Origin: an uncultured bacterium
GTDB lineage: Bacteria; Patescibacteriota; Gracilibacteria; UBA1369; PNNO01
Assembly (NCBI GenBank): GCA_963704705.1
Contig: OY969931.1
Location: 840,001-872,000 of the forward strand
DNA length: 32,000 bases
Reading direction: 5' to 3'
The notes below the pieces were generated by a model that worked only from the letters and a program-made list of their open reading frames with translations, ran no database searches and was not told the origin of the DNA. The translations under genes were made by a program, and so were the position numbers. Within the stretch, counting starts at the first letter, position 1; every line of letters begins with the position of its first letter. This document shows positions 10,310-21,424 of this stretch, piece by piece.

Positions 10310-13039
10310 TTATTGTTCGTAAAATTTACGAACAATATCATCTAGAAAAACAAGATCAAAAGTGCCGCTTACACTGCGGTCTCCGGTTGCAGTCTGAACA
10401 ATAACATTTGTAACCTTATCGTCTTTACTATAGTAATCAAAAGAAAACTTAGCACCCCGGTTTTCATCAAAATAAACATCAATTACTCTATAAATTCCAT
10501 TGTTGAAATCCACAATTGCAACATTATCTTCATTTAAAACCACTCCCAGATCCGAAAACTTTCCTACTACAAAAACCTTCGCTGTTTTAGCTACTTCATT
10601 TTCTTTTGTAGCTGGTTCTTCTTCGTCCGGAACAACAGTTGTACCGCTTTGAGAATCAACATATTCAAGAATAAAGCTTTTAACTTTATTCAATTTTATA
10701 CCTTCCTGAGTGACAATCTTGTCATCTATTATAATATTGGAAAGAAGTTCCCTATCCCAGTCATAAGTACCCCTGAATACAATTTTATTAACTTCAGCAC
10801 TTAATATAGGAACTTTAGTTTTTGTTGTGTCCTCATAAAATCCAAACTCAATATTCACAATTCCCTCATCATTTAGATCTTTTCTCACCCGTGCCAAAAC
10901 ATCGTTGGCAGTTAGTTCAACCTGAGCTGAAGTACCAAATATTTCTTTACGGATATCCTCAAAAGTTACATTTTGCTTTTGAATCTCTTTAAATGCTTCA
11001 AATCTTTCAAGGTGTGTGGCTCCATGAAGGGGAGTTGAAGAATATTCATCAGATTTCAAATACTCCCAAAACACTCCAAAATCCGCCAAACGCTTCTCAA
11101 ATAGATCATTTATTGCAGCAACGTCCAAAGTGTCTTGTTTAAGCTCTTCCATATCAGCAAGAAGCCTAAACACAATTTGTCTTGCATCAGCCGGATCAAG
11201 TTCTTCCTTAAATAAGAAATATTGAATTCGGCTTAAAAGATTTATTTTTTCATTAATAAATGTTTGTCTTTGTTCTTTTTTATCCCTAAGGCCCGGAATA
11301 GTAGCCAAATAATCTTCTTCTATTTTCTTTTTTGACTCAAATATGCCAATTTTGTACAAATCAGAGTTTAGGAATAATAAATTATCAATTAAAATATTTT
11401 GTCTTATTATTTGATCCCGGATTTCAGATATATTGTCACGATAGTTTTGGGTTAAAGACTCATAAAGTTCAAAATAATGCTCTAAAATAACTTCAGCATC
11501 ATTAGATCCGCTTGCCAGTGCATCATAAACATCATTTAACTTTAAAGTTAGTAGATTATATTGTTCTTCTATTGGAAGATCTTTTCTTGCCTTAGAATTA
11601 AAAATTTCTTCATAAAGAAGCTCTTTAATAGGATAAAGATCATTATCCGGAGTTAAATACAGATAATCTTCCAGATATTTAGCCAGTTCTTTATATAACA
11701 ATTCATTTGCATATTCATTCTGAGTAATAACAGGATCTTTTATATCATCTTTAAATAAAGACAAGCGAACACCCGCATCAGTTGAATTATTCTGAATAAA
11801 AAGAAAAGCAGCGTCATTAATGTTTTCAAAAATATCACCGACTAAACTTGAAGCTTTTTTCTGGTCTGTAAATGTAAGTGCTTCTCTTAAATCACTTAAC
11901 AATTGTTTTGCCTGAAATCTTACTGAGTCAGTTGATATATTTTTTAATCCCATTTCCCTAATGCTTTTTATAAATTTTTCATCTATTGACGTTTTTAAAC
12001 TATTATCCTTTCGTATATTTTCGGCTATCCACGGATCCTGCTCAATTGTAGTGGTCGCTGCGCGGCCATAGCTAAATTCCTTAACAAGCTTTGAATACAA
12101 AAGTTGCTCAATTGTTTCAGGCTCTTGATCAATTTTTGTATCCAAAAACTGAGCCTTATTTCCCTCGGCTATCCACAGCTTATTAATTACTTTATTGTTA
12201 GCCAATATTTCGACTGTAACATCATGCTTTTGAGCATAAATATTTGTTCGACTTCCATCGTATTCAATATTAAATAAAGAAAGTGATGGAATTGCTGCTA
12301 TTTTTCCTGAATTAATCCTAAGATCAAAAAAGTTATTCAATAAATTTCCCCATATTTTTCCGTTCATCAGAGTAAGTTCAAATTGTTCCTGGTCAACATT
12401 AAAACTGTTTATATTAATTATTGTATTGGCATCCAAACGAAGAACTCCCTTTAATGGAAGATTAATGGAAACGCCGCTTACAGACTGAGTATTCAATGTT
12501 TCGCCGCCTTTAAATTCATACTCGTTCTTTACATTAAATTTCTGTCCATTTTGTTCAATTTGAATGGTTTCATCACCAGGGATAGTTACTATAAATCTAT
12601 TATCATAAATAGCTACCTCTTCAGCTTTAACGTAATTATCAACATATAAAGTTAAAGCAAAAAGACCGAATCCAAGTACAAGTAGAAATAGAACTTTTAG
12701 TATTGAGAAAGCCAATGATTTAGGTTCCTTTACCTTAGTTTCGACTGGTTTTACTTCATCTTTAATAACTTTTTCCTGTTCTTTTTGAGCATTTTTTATC
12801 TTCTCTTGTGCATTTTTTTTATTCAATTCTTTTAGCTTTAAATCGAAGGTTTCAATAGGTTGCTTAGGAATAATTTTCTCTGCATTTTCTTGGGTAGTCA
12901 AAGGTTCCGGAGCTATTTCAGTTTGTTCATTAACAACTTGTGGCTCTGAACCTGTTTGAGGTTTAATTAAAAGTTCGTCATTTTGAATTAATGATTCTTC
13001 CGGACCTTTTTGATTTTTATTTGTGTTTTCTGGATTCAT
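10310..13039 (-). CDS. Single-pass membrane protein with FecR-like domain, otherwise uncharacterised
   Basis: TM segment VLFLLVLGFGLFALTLYVDNYV; FecR-like beta region (GVLRLDANTIININ...ELTLMNGKIWGNLL...FDLRINSGKIAAIP); large C-terminal region of unknown function. Confidence 0.6.
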   Translation of the reverse strand: MNPENTNKNQKGPEESLIQNDELLIKPQTGSEPQVVNEQTEIAPEPLTTQENAEKIIPKQPIETFDLKLKELNKKNAQEKIKNAQKEQEKVIKDEVKPVETKVKEPKSLAFSILKVLFLLVLGFGLFALTLYVDNYVKAEEVAIYDNRFIVTIPGDETIQIEQNGQKFNVKNEYEFKGGETLNTQSVSGVSINLPLKGVLRLDANTIININSFNVDQEQFELTLMNGKIWGNLLNNFFDLRINSGKIAAIPSLSLFNIEYDGSRTNIYAQKHDVTVEILANNKVINKLWIAEGNKAQFLDTKIDQEPETIEQLLYSKLVKEFSYGRAATTTIEQDPWIAENIRKDNSLKTSIDEKFIKSIREMGLKNISTDSVRFQAKQLLSDLREALTFTDQKKASSLVGDIFENINDAAFLFIQNNSTDAGVRLSLFKDDIKDPVITQNEYANELLYKELAKYLEDYLYLTPDNDLYPIKELLYEEIFNSKARKDLPIEEQYNLLTLKLNDVYDALASGSNDAEVILEHYFELYESLTQNYRDNISEIRDQIIRQNILIDNLLFLNSDLYKIGIFESKKKIEEDYLATIPGLRDKKEQRQTFINEKINLLSRIQYFLFKEELDPADARQIVFRLLADMEELKQDTLDVAAINDLFEKRLADFGVFWEYLKSDEYSSTPLHGATHLERFEAFKEIQKQNVTFEDIRKEIFGTSAQVELTANDVLARVRKDLNDEGIVNIEFGFYEDTTKTKVPILSAEVNKIVFRGTYDWDRELLSNIIIDDKIVTQEGIKLNKVKSFILEYVDSQSGTTVVPDEEEPATKENEVAKTAKVFVVGKFSDLGVVLNEDNVAIVDFNNGIYRVIDVYFDENRGAKFSFDYYSKDDKVTNVIVQTATGDRSVSGTFDLVFLDDIVRKFYEQ

Positions 13040-13146
13040 AAAAAACCTTATTTTTCTTATTATTATAGCATTTTTTTGAGTTTATGTAAATTTAAAAGGC
13101 CTTAAAAATTTAATATACTAACAAAGTTATTTATTAATTTATTTGT

Positions 13147-14844
13147 ATGAAATTAAAACTGAAGACTATTCTATTAGGTTTTGTATGTAGTTTATTTATT
13201 GCTCAAAACGCATTTGCCATACAATTTGTGGATGTAGTTGAAAGAAGCTTGTTTTACGATGCCATTAATTACTTTGTTACTGAAGTTCCGATTCTCGCAA
13301 CAGACAGGGATGAATTTAACCCGCTTGATAAAGTAACTAAAGCTGAATTCTTTAAATTATTGATTAGAAGCGGCGGATACGATCCTGCTCCGGATAATTA
13401 TGATATTCCTTATTATGATGTCACTGGTACAGAATGGTTTGCACCTTATGTGAAAACAGCGATTGATTTAAATATTATTCAATTCAGTGATAATAATCCA
13501 AATTTTAATGCAGGAGAAACTGTTACAAGAGAAGAAGCAATTGATTGGGTTGTTAAATTTTACGGGATTAATCCGGCTGCAGTGAGTTCTTTAGCGATCG
13601 AATACAATGATGTGTCTCCTTCTGATTCTTATGCAAATATTTCAAAAATTGCTTATCAACTTCATCTTTTACATGATTATAAATCAGGACTTTTTAATGC
13701 GAATAAAGAGTTAACAAGAGCCGAAGCTGTACATATATTTTATGAAGTTCATCAAAACGATCTTACTGCTTCAACTCAGCTACAAAACAGTAATTTAAAT
13801 GTTAATGATGCCAATTTTGCTCTTTTCTATGAAGTCTGGGATACAATCAATAATGAATATATAAACAAAGATGAAATTGATCAAAATGAGCTTATTTATG
13901 GTGCAATTACAGGATTGGTATATAAATTAAATGATCCATACAGTGTATTTTTCGAACCAATAGAAGCTGACAGTTATTTGGAAGCCTTAGAAGGCCAATT
14001 TGACGGCATTGGAATTTATCTTAATCAAGATGATTTGGATTTCGTTATACTGACGCCATTAAAAGGCTCTCCTGCTGAAGACGCCGGTATTAAACCCAAT
14101 GATATAATTATTGAAATTAATGATGAACCGGTTAGAGGACTTGAAATAGGAGATGTAATTGAACTTTTACGCGGTGAAATAGGAACTCAGGTTAAATTAA
14201 AACTAAAACGGGACAACAATTATATTTTAAAATATGTTACCAGAGCAAAAATTAATGTACCGTTTGTTGAAAGTGAAATGAAAGATGGTATTGGAATAAT
14301 CCATTATTATCAATTTACCAGTAACTCAGACGATCAATTGTCTGAAGCTCTTAGCGAAATTTTAAAAAATAATCCAAAAGGTATAATCCTTGATTTAAGA
14401 AATAACCCTGGAGGATTCATTTATAGCGCCCAGCAATTGATTTCAAGATTTATACCTGCAAATGAGCCTTATATTAACATCATATTGGCAGATGGTACTT
14501 CGTATACTGAAAAGTCGTTAGGTCCTGGTGAGCTTAAAGATTTACCGATCGTTGTGTTAGTTAACGAGGGTAGTGCATCTGCTTCTGAAATTGCTGCTTT
14601 GGCATTAAAAGATCAGTTAAACGCTAAGATTGTAGGAGTTAATTCATTTGGTAAAGCAAAAATCCAGGAAATTCTTACTTACCCTGATGGGTCGACATTA
14701 AAATTAAGTATTGCTAATTGGACTTCTCCAAATGGAACTTATATTCAGGATGTGGGAATAACGCCAGATTATATTGTAGAATTAAATCAGGCCAGTACAG
14801 TTGACGATCAGTTGGAAAAAGCATTACAACTAATTAAAAATTAG
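13147..14844 (+). CDS. S41-family C-terminal processing peptidase with N-terminal SLH-like domains and PDZ domain
   Basis: Signal peptide, SLH-like segments (NPNFNAGETVTREEAI), PDZ (GSPAEDAGIKPNDIIIEINDEPVRG), catalytic region (LILDLRNNPGG, VLVNEGSASASEI). Confidence 0.88.
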   Translation: MKLKLKTILLGFVCSLFIAQNAFAIQFVDVVERSLFYDAINYFVTEVPILATDRDEFNPLDKVTKAEFFKLLIRSGGYDPAPDNYDIPYYDVTGTEWFAPYVKTAIDLNIIQFSDNNPNFNAGETVTREEAIDWVVKFYGINPAAVSSLAIEYNDVSPSDSYANISKIAYQLHLLHDYKSGLFNANKELTRAEAVHIFYEVHQNDLTASTQLQNSNLNVNDANFALFYEVWDTINNEYINKDEIDQNELIYGAITGLVYKLNDPYSVFFEPIEADSYLEALEGQFDGIGIYLNQDDLDFVILTPLKGSPAEDAGIKPNDIIIEINDEPVRGLEIGDVIELLRGEIGTQVKLKLKRDNNYILKYVTRAKINVPFVESEMKDGIGIIHYYQFTSNSDDQLSEALSEILKNNPKGIILDLRNNPGGFIYSAQQLISRFIPANEPYINIILADGTSYTEKSLGPGELKDLPIVVLVNEGSASASEIAALALKDQLNAKIVGVNSFGKAKIQEILTYPDGSTLKLSIANWTSPNGTYIQDVGITPDYIVELNQASTVDDQLEKALQLIKN

Positions 14845-17173
14845 GAGTTGTTGGAGGTTCGGATGCTGGTTCATTCTCTGTTTCAGGTTCTTCTTCCGGC
14901 TCTGGCTCAGCTTCCGGCTCCGGAGTAACTTCAGTTTCAACAGGTACCTCTTCTGCTGCAGGTCCAAGATCAGGCTCTGCCGGCGGTCCAGGTGCTTCAG
15001 TCCCTTCATATTCAACTTCTTCGGCCTGTGCCTGAAGTATTTCTTCCGGGTTTGTAGTTACAAGTTTATCTTCCCCATACGAAGCAATAATTTGAATTGC
15101 AACGTGTTTATTACCGGCAAAGAAAAGTCCCTGGCCGATTCCGCTGTTTAAAAGCATATATTTCTCGCCTTCCGTTAAATTAAATACACTTTGCAGCATA
15201 TCAATTGCTGCAGGTGCCTGTTTTAATAATACCTGCATCGATGAATTTGTAATAATAGGTTTGCCATATTTATTCTGAACAAAGTCTTCTACATCCTGAG
15301 TAATTGTAGTAACTCCCAAATAATATTTTCGGGCTCTTTTAACTAGTCCATATAAAAATCGTGCTGAATCATCATGCTGCATTAAAGACCAGGCCTCATC
15401 AATAACCAATATTCTGCGTTTAAGCGAACTTCTGACATTATTCCAAATGTAATTAAGAATAATATACATCGCGATTGGCCTTAATGCGTCCTCCAAATCA
15501 CGAATACTAAACACAACCAAACCAGAAGTTAAATCAATATTTGTTGATTTGTTAAATATTCCTGAATAAGTTCCTGATGTGAATTTTGCAAGTCTTGTAG
15601 CCAAATCTTTACCACCTTCCATTGAATTCAAAATATCATATAAATCTTCCATTGTAGGAGGAGCAATTGAAGAAGGATCTTCAATTTGCATAGTAATACC
15701 TCGTAATGCATAAACATCGGTTAATGCTTTATCAAGCATCCCTTCTTCTTCCGGGGTAACACCTCCAAGCATAATTTTTAATAAACCATGAAGAGCAATA
15801 ATATTTGAACGTAATAAATCCCCTGGTTTAACCACCTCATCTTTTAATGGAGCCGGCAAATCAAATGGATTGATTCTGCGATCGGAATTTAATGAAACTT
15901 TCATATAACTTCCGCCTACCACTTCGCTTATTGCTTCATATTCATTTTCCGGATCGATAACTATTACATCTGTTCCAAACATCAATGATCTTAAAATCTC
16001 GAGTTTTACAGCATAAGATTTACCTGCACCTGATTTTGCAAATACAACTGAATTCGCATTTTCCAGCTTGAATCTGTCAAAAATAATTAAACTATCGTTA
16101 TGTCTGTTGAGTCCGTAAAGGATTCCGGTATTTGAAGTAAGATCAGCTGAGGTAAACGGAAACATCGTTGATAATGGCGATGTATTCATATTCAATGTTA
16201 CCTCTAATTCATCTGTACAAATTGGAATTGTTGAATTAAATGCATGTTCAGCCTGGAGATCTGCACGTTTTATCATTACCAGTTTTCCTGCAAGCAAACT
16301 TGAAATCTGTTTGGCTACTCTTTGAAGCTTCTTTTTATCTTCCGCATAAATTGTAAAATAAAGTCCGAGCTGGAAAAACTTTTCCTGCCCCCTCTGAATT
16401 TGAGTTCTTAATTCTTCAGCATCCTGAAGCGCTGTTTCAATTGCAGGGTCTCTAACATTTCCTTTTTCTTCAGCGATTCTCATTGAAGATTGCAACTGCG
16501 CAACTTTTCTTTTTAAAACTTTCATTATCGCTGCTGAATCAATAGGATAAACAAATTGTGAAATATCCATTGTTACATCAAAATTTATAACCGGAGAAAG
16601 CCAGTTTGAATCGAGATATCGAGGATATGCGAAAACATAAAATGTCTGAGCATACATTCCTTCTACTCTAACACTATCAAAATCAACTTCCATCGAAGCC
16701 GGAGCAATTAAATCCCTAACTGTTGCAAGCCCTTCCTGATACAATTTTTCAGCTTCTTCAATTTTTTTCATTTCTTCCGGTAAAACCTTTGGTTTATTGC
16801 CGGTTAGCGCATCAGTCTCTGTCGTGGTTTTTGCAATTTCTGTTTGTTTTTGTTGTTGCACCGAAAATATATTCTTTAAATTATCAAAAATAGTCTTTTT
16901 ATGTTCAGCTTTCTCTTTCACCTCTGCTTTTTTTTCTTTTTCCTCAGGTTCAACAACAGGCTCAGCTGCAGGTTCAGTATTTTCTGCGGCAGCAGTTTCT
17001 CCTTTTGGCTTACCAGCACTCTTTACCCATGCAGGCAAATCTCCTGACGTATCTTTATTTTCTGTTGGCGGAACTGCTTTCTTCGCATCAGACTGCTGAT
17101 TTTCACCATTATTAAGCCATTCCGGAATCTCGGTAGTGCTTTCTGTTTGTGTTTGTTTTGTTTCGTCAGCCAT
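14834..17173 (-). CDS. VirB4/TraC-like type IV secretion/conjugation family ATPase
   Basis: NSVVFAKSGAGKSYAVKLE (Walker A), DVIVIDPENEYE, RRILVIDEAWSLM (Walker B), GVTTITQDVEDF; disordered acidic/proline-rich termini. Confidence 0.85.
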   Translation of the reverse strand: MADETKQTQTESTTEIPEWLNNGENQQSDAKKAVPPTENKDTSGDLPAWVKSAGKPKGETAAAENTEPAAEPVVEPEEKEKKAEVKEKAEHKKTIFDNLKNIFSVQQQKQTEIAKTTTETDALTGNKPKVLPEEMKKIEEAEKLYQEGLATVRDLIAPASMEVDFDSVRVEGMYAQTFYVFAYPRYLDSNWLSPVINFDVTMDISQFVYPIDSAAIMKVLKRKVAQLQSSMRIAEEKGNVRDPAIETALQDAEELRTQIQRGQEKFFQLGLYFTIYAEDKKKLQRVAKQISSLLAGKLVMIKRADLQAEHAFNSTIPICTDELEVTLNMNTSPLSTMFPFTSADLTSNTGILYGLNRHNDSLIIFDRFKLENANSVVFAKSGAGKSYAVKLEILRSLMFGTDVIVIDPENEYEAISEVVGGSYMKVSLNSDRRINPFDLPAPLKDEVVKPGDLLRSNIIALHGLLKIMLGGVTPEEEGMLDKALTDVYALRGITMQIEDPSSIAPPTMEDLYDILNSMEGGKDLATRLAKFTSGTYSGIFNKSTNIDLTSGLVVFSIRDLEDALRPIAMYIILNYIWNNVRSSLKRRILVIDEAWSLMQHDDSARFLYGLVKRARKYYLGVTTITQDVEDFVQNKYGKPIITNSSMQVLLKQAPAAIDMLQSVFNLTEGEKYMLLNSGIGQGLFFAGNKHVAIQIIASYGEDKLVTTNPEEILQAQAEEVEYEGTEAPGPPAEPDLGPAAEEVPVETEVTPEPEAEPEPEEEPETENEPASEPPTTPNF

Positions 17174-17331
17174 CTCTTTAGTTAAATTTTCCTTATATTA
17201 TAGCAAATTTTAGTAATTTTTTCAATACTATAAGACTATATTCAAAATCACTTCAATTGTTTCAAAATTTATGCTAAAGTATGGCGGGTTTGGATTAAAC
17301 CAAGTTATTTTATATCACTAAATTTTCACAT

Positions 17332-20145
17332 ATGGCTAAGGATGAAAAAAATGAAAACCCTGAAGAAATAAATGAGCCAGAAGCAAGTTCTGATGAAATT
17401 GAAGAGGTAGAAAAAACAGAAAAAGTCCCGGAAGCAGAAGAAGAAGTAACCTTTGCACGAAATTTAAATAAACGGAATATTACAAAAGAAATGGAAGAAT
17501 CTTATCTTGATTATGCTATGAGCGTAATTGTATCAAGAGCACTTCCTGATGTTAGAGATGGTTTAAAACCAGTACACAGAAGAATTTTATATGCGATGCA
17601 TGAGCTTGGTTTAAGATCTACTGCAAATTTCAGAAAATCAGCCGGAGTTGTAGGTGAGGTAATGGGTAAATTCCATCCGCATGGTGATGCCGCGATTTAT
17701 GATTCCATGGTACGTTTGGCTCAGCATTTCTCACTAAGATACCCTCTTGTTAGGGGTCAGGGAAATTTTGGTTCAATTGATGGAGACTCTGCTGCGGCAA
17801 TGCGTTATACAGAAGCAAAACTTGAAAAAATTTCCGATGAAATTCTTGCAGATATCGATAAAGAAACCGTTGGATGGCACGATAACTATGATGGCAGATA
17901 TAAAGAACCTGATGTTCTTCCTTCAAAAATACCTCAGCTATTATTAAACGGAACTACAGGTATCGCTGTTGGTATGGCAACTTCTATTCCGCCGCATAAT
18001 TTAGGCGAACTTATTGATGGTGTTATTAATTTAATTGATAATCCTGAATTAACTATTGAAGATTTGATGGAGTTTGTTAAAGCTCCTGACTTCCCTACCG
18101 CAGGTAAAATTTACGATCTTGAAGCAATAAAACAAGCTTACACAACAGGTCGCGGAGGCATGACAATGCGTGCAAGAGCTGAAATTGAAGAGAGAAAAAG
18201 CGGTAAATATGCAATTATAATTACTGAAATCCCGTATCAGGTTAATAAAGCTAATCTGGTTGAGAAAATCGCTGATTTGGTCAGAGACAAAAAGATTGTC
18301 GGCATTGCTGATATACGTGATGAATCAAACAAGGACGGTATTAGAGTTGTTATTGAATTAAAACGTGAATCATTCCCTAAGAAAATTCTAAACCAATTGT
18401 ACAAGTTCACTCCGATGCAGCTTAATTTCAATATGAATATGATTGCTCTTGTTGATGGAATTCAGCCAAGAGTGCTTAATTTAAAACAGGTTCTTGAATT
18501 GTTCATAGAACACAGAAAAGAAGTTATTACAAAAAGAACTCAATACGAACTTCGAGTAGCTCAGGAAAGAGCACATATTTTGGAAGGTTTAAAAATTGCA
18601 TTAGATAATATTGATGCTGTTATTGACACGATCAGAAAATCAGCCGACAAAGAAAAAGCGCATGCAGCATTGATGAAACAGTTCAAACTTTCAGAAAAGC
18701 AAGCAACTGCGATTCTTGAAATGAGACTTCAAACACTTGCCGGACTTGAAAGACAGAAAATTGAAGATGAATATAAAGAAAAAATGGCAATTATAGCTGA
18801 ACTTGAATCAATTCTTAAAAATCCTCAAAGAATTTTGGATATAATTAAAGAAGAACTTGCAGAGATTAAAGAAAAATTTGGTGACAAGAGAAGAACTGAA
18901 ATTATACCTCACGGACTTGGTAAATTCTCTCTTAAAGATACAATTCCAAATGAACCGATGATTGTTATGCTATCTAGAGAAGGCTATATCAAACGTGTAC
19001 CGCCTTCAACATTTAAAGCTCAGCACAGAGGAGGTAAAGGAATAGTTGGAATTACAACAAAAGAAGAAGATGAAATAAATACTTTAATGCACGCAAAAAC
19101 TCATGATAATGCGTTGTTCTTTACTAATAAAGGCAGAGTTTTCCAACTTCCTGTATGGGAAATTCCAAAAACATCAAGACAAGCAAAAGGTTCACCGGTT
19201 GTTAATTTAATTCAGCTTGGTGAAAACGAAATTGTAACTGCCATGCTTGCAGCTAAAGAAAAATTCAAAGGTGAATTCTTAATAATGGCAACTAAAAAAG
19301 GAACAATTAAAAAAACCGCTGTTGAAGAATATAAAAATGTTCGTAAAAGCGGATTAATAGCAATAAAACTTAGAGACGGAGACTCATTGGAATGGGTTCG
19401 TGAAGTTTCAAAGGATAATGAAGTTATTCTTGTTACAAGAACCGGAAAAGCTATTAGATTTAATGAAAAAGACGCAAGAGATATGGGCCGGGCATCAATG
19501 GGGGTACGTGGAATCAAACTTAAAGATAAAGATTTTGTAGTTGAAATGGATGTTGTTAAAAGTCCTGCTGCAAGATTGTTTGTATTAATGGAAAACGGTC
19601 TTGGTAAAACTTCACAAGTTTCAAATTACAGACTTCAAAACAGAGGTGGCACCGGCGTAAAAGTGGCTAACATTACAACAAAAACAGGCCAGGTTGCAGG
19701 TGCTAAAGTATTGGAACAAACATTTGAAGGTGATGCGATTCTTATCTCTAAAAAAGGCGTTACAATAAGAATGAATCTTAAAGATATTCCTACGCTTGGA
19801 CGTGCGACTCAGGGTGTAACATTGATGAGATTAAAAGCCGGAGACAAAGTAAGCACACTTTCAATTATAAGAGTTGATGAAATTCAAAGAGAGGTTGAAG
19901 AAAGTGAAAAAGAAGCTGAAAAACAACGTAATAAAGAAGTAAGACAGGTCGATAAAGGTGTTGAAAAACTTGTTGAGAAAGTATTAGAATCAGAATCAAA
20001 ACCGGAACCTGAGGCTGTTGCTGTAGGCAGAGCGACCAAAGGGAGCTCTAAGGAGCGAGCGTCAGCGAGCGAAGCGAAAACTTCTAAACCTAAAGCAAAA
20101 ACAAGTAAGAAAAAAGTAGACCCTAAACAGCAATCTTTACTTTAA
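17332..20145 (+). CDS. gyrA: DNA gyrase subunit A, with C-terminal low-complexity tail
   Basis: [68 protein letters not shown], and the C-terminal gyrase box ([12 protein letters not shown]). Confidence 0.96.
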   Translation: MAKDEKNENPEEINEPEASSDEIEEVEKTEKVPEAEEEVTFARNLNKRNITKEMEESYLDYAMSVIVSRALPDVRDGLKPVHRRILYAMHELGLRSTANFRKSAGVVGEVMGKFHPHGDAAIYDSMVRLAQHFSLRYPLVRGQGNFGSIDGDSAAAMRYTEAKLEKISDEILADIDKETVGWHDNYDGRYKEPDVLPSKIPQLLLNGTTGIAVGMATSIPPHNLGELIDGVINLIDNPELTIEDLMEFVKAPDFPTAGKIYDLEAIKQAYTTGRGGMTMRARAEIEERKSGKYAIIITEIPYQVNKANLVEKIADLVRDKKIVGIADIRDESNKDGIRVVIELKRESFPKKILNQLYKFTPMQLNFNMNMIALVDGIQPRVLNLKQVLELFIEHRKEVITKRTQYELRVAQERAHILEGLKIALDNIDAVIDTIRKSADKEKAHAALMKQFKLSEKQATAILEMRLQTLAGLERQKIEDEYKEKMAIIAELESILKNPQRILDIIKEELAEIKEKFGDKRRTEIIPHGLGKFSLKDTIPNEPMIVMLSREGYIKRVPPSTFKAQHRGGKGIVGITTKEEDEINTLMHAKTHDNALFFTNKGRVFQLPVWEIPKTSRQAKGSPVVNLIQLGENEIVTAMLAAKEKFKGEFLIMATKKGTIKKTAVEEYKNVRKSGLIAIKLRDGDSLEWVREVSKDNEVILVTRTGKAIRFNEKDARDMGRASMGVRGIKLKDKDFVVEMDVVKSPAARLFVLMENGLGKTSQVSNYRLQNRGGTGVKVANITTKTGQVAGAKVLEQTFEGDAILISKKGVTIRMNLKDIPTLGRATQGVTLMRLKAGDKVSTLSIIRVDEIQREVEESEKEAEKQRNKEVRQVDKGVEKLVEKVLESESKPEPEAVAVGRATKGSSKERASASEAKTSKPKAKTSKKKVDPKQQSLL
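20025..20080 (+). repeat. Interspersed in-frame repeat, copy 1 (gyrA 3' end)
   Basis: AGGCAGAGCGACCAAAGGGAGCTCTAAGGAGCGAGCGTCAGCGAGCGAAGCGAAAA; 53/56 identical to copy at 21766..21821. Confidence 0.88.
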
Positions 20146-20160
20146 TTAGCTTAAAAAACT

Positions 20161-21420
20161 ATGAAGCACTTAAGGAAAGTAATTTTTACAATCTTTCTTA
20201 TAACGTGCTTTTTGGCAGGCTCTTCAAATGCTTTAGCTCAAAGTTTCAGCAAAGATATTTCAATAAATCCAAATAGCGTACGACTATCAACCGATCGCGT
20301 ACTTGAAGGCAATGCAGTTAGGATTTATGCAACAATAATAAATAACAGTGGATATGATTTAAGGGGCAATGTTCAATTTTATGATCAAACCGCAGGGAGA
20401 CAAATAGGAAGCGACCAGACAGTTTCAATTTTAGCAAATGGCTCAGATGATGTTTTTGTTGATTGGATCCCATATTTTGAAGGGACTCATTATATTCAGT
20501 TAAGCATTGATCCCTGGGAAGCTTCAGGCGACAATCCTGATAACAATTACGGCTCAATTAGCGCAAATGTTCTAAAAGATACGGATTGGGACGGAATAAC
20601 AGACGAAGATGATACTGATGATGATAATGATGGGGTATTGGATGAAGAAGACGACTTCCCTCTTGATTCAAAAGAGCAAATTGATACCGACGGCGACAGG
20701 ATAGGAAATAACGCTGATGAAGATGATGATAACGACAGTCATTTGGACGAAGAGGATGCTTTCCCTTTAAATCCAATGGAATGGGATGATACTGATAAGG
20801 ATGGGATTGGTGATAATGAGGACGATGACAATGATAATGACGGTTTAACTAATGATGAAGAACAAAAACTGGGTACTGACCCTCTAAATCCAGATAGTGA
20901 CGGAGACTCTGTTTTGGACGAAGAGGATGCTTTTCCTTTGGATCAATCCGAACAATACGATTATGATCTCGATGGCATAGGTGATAACAAAGACGAAGAT
21001 GACGATAATGATGGTGTTTTGGATGTAGATGACATCGATGATCACAATAAAGGCCCAATAATAGAAATCGCTGGAAATACTGCTTTTGCCTTTTTAAACA
21101 GAGAAATTAATTTAAGTGCTGTTAATTCCTTTGATGAAGACGGGGAAATTTTGGAGTATAAATGGTATGTAAATGGCGATGAACCCATCGAAAGTAAAGT
21201 ACTAAGTATGGTGGTTGAAGATAACAATCCCCAAAGTATCAAACTGGTGCTTGTAGATGACAAAAATGAATCGCGTGAGAGATATGTTGAACTAAGTGTT
21301 TTTGATTTGGATTTCTATTTAATAAGTTTTCTTTTATTAATCATAATTTTCCTTGCAATTATAATTAATATAAAGTATAGTTCATGGGCAAAAAAATTAC
21401 TTAAAAAGTTAAAGAAATAA
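20161..21420 (+). CDS. Secreted/cell-surface protein with thrombospondin type 3-like calcium-binding repeats and C-terminal transmembrane anchor
   Basis: Signal peptide; repeated DxDxDGxxDxxD ([30 protein letters not shown]...); C-terminal hydrophobic helix then [13 protein letters not shown]. Confidence 0.82.
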   Translation: MKHLRKVIFTIFLITCFLAGSSNALAQSFSKDISINPNSVRLSTDRVLEGNAVRIYATIINNSGYDLRGNVQFYDQTAGRQIGSDQTVSILANGSDDVFVDWIPYFEGTHYIQLSIDPWEASGDNPDNNYGSISANVLKDTDWDGITDEDDTDDDNDGVLDEEDDFPLDSKEQIDTDGDRIGNNADEDDDNDSHLDEEDAFPLNPMEWDDTDKDGIGDNEDDDNDNDGLTNDEEQKLGTDPLNPDSDGDSVLDEEDAFPLDQSEQYDYDLDGIGDNKDEDDDNDGVLDVDDIDDHNKGPIIEIAGNTAFAFLNREINLSAVNSFDEDGEILEYKWYVNGDEPIESKVLSMVVEDNNPQSIKLVLVDDKNESRERYVELSVFDLDFYLISFLLLIIIFLAIIINIKYSSWAKKLLKKLKK

Positions 21421-21424
21421 GATC

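Noticed and set aside
19212-21263. Antisense ORFs inside gyrA and the TSP3-repeat protein (19212..19517, 20318..20557, 20558..20776, 20849..21058, 21042..21263)
   Set aside because: Low-complexity histidine/leucine-rich translations are the complement of Asp/Asn-rich repeats; the sense protein explains the sequence.
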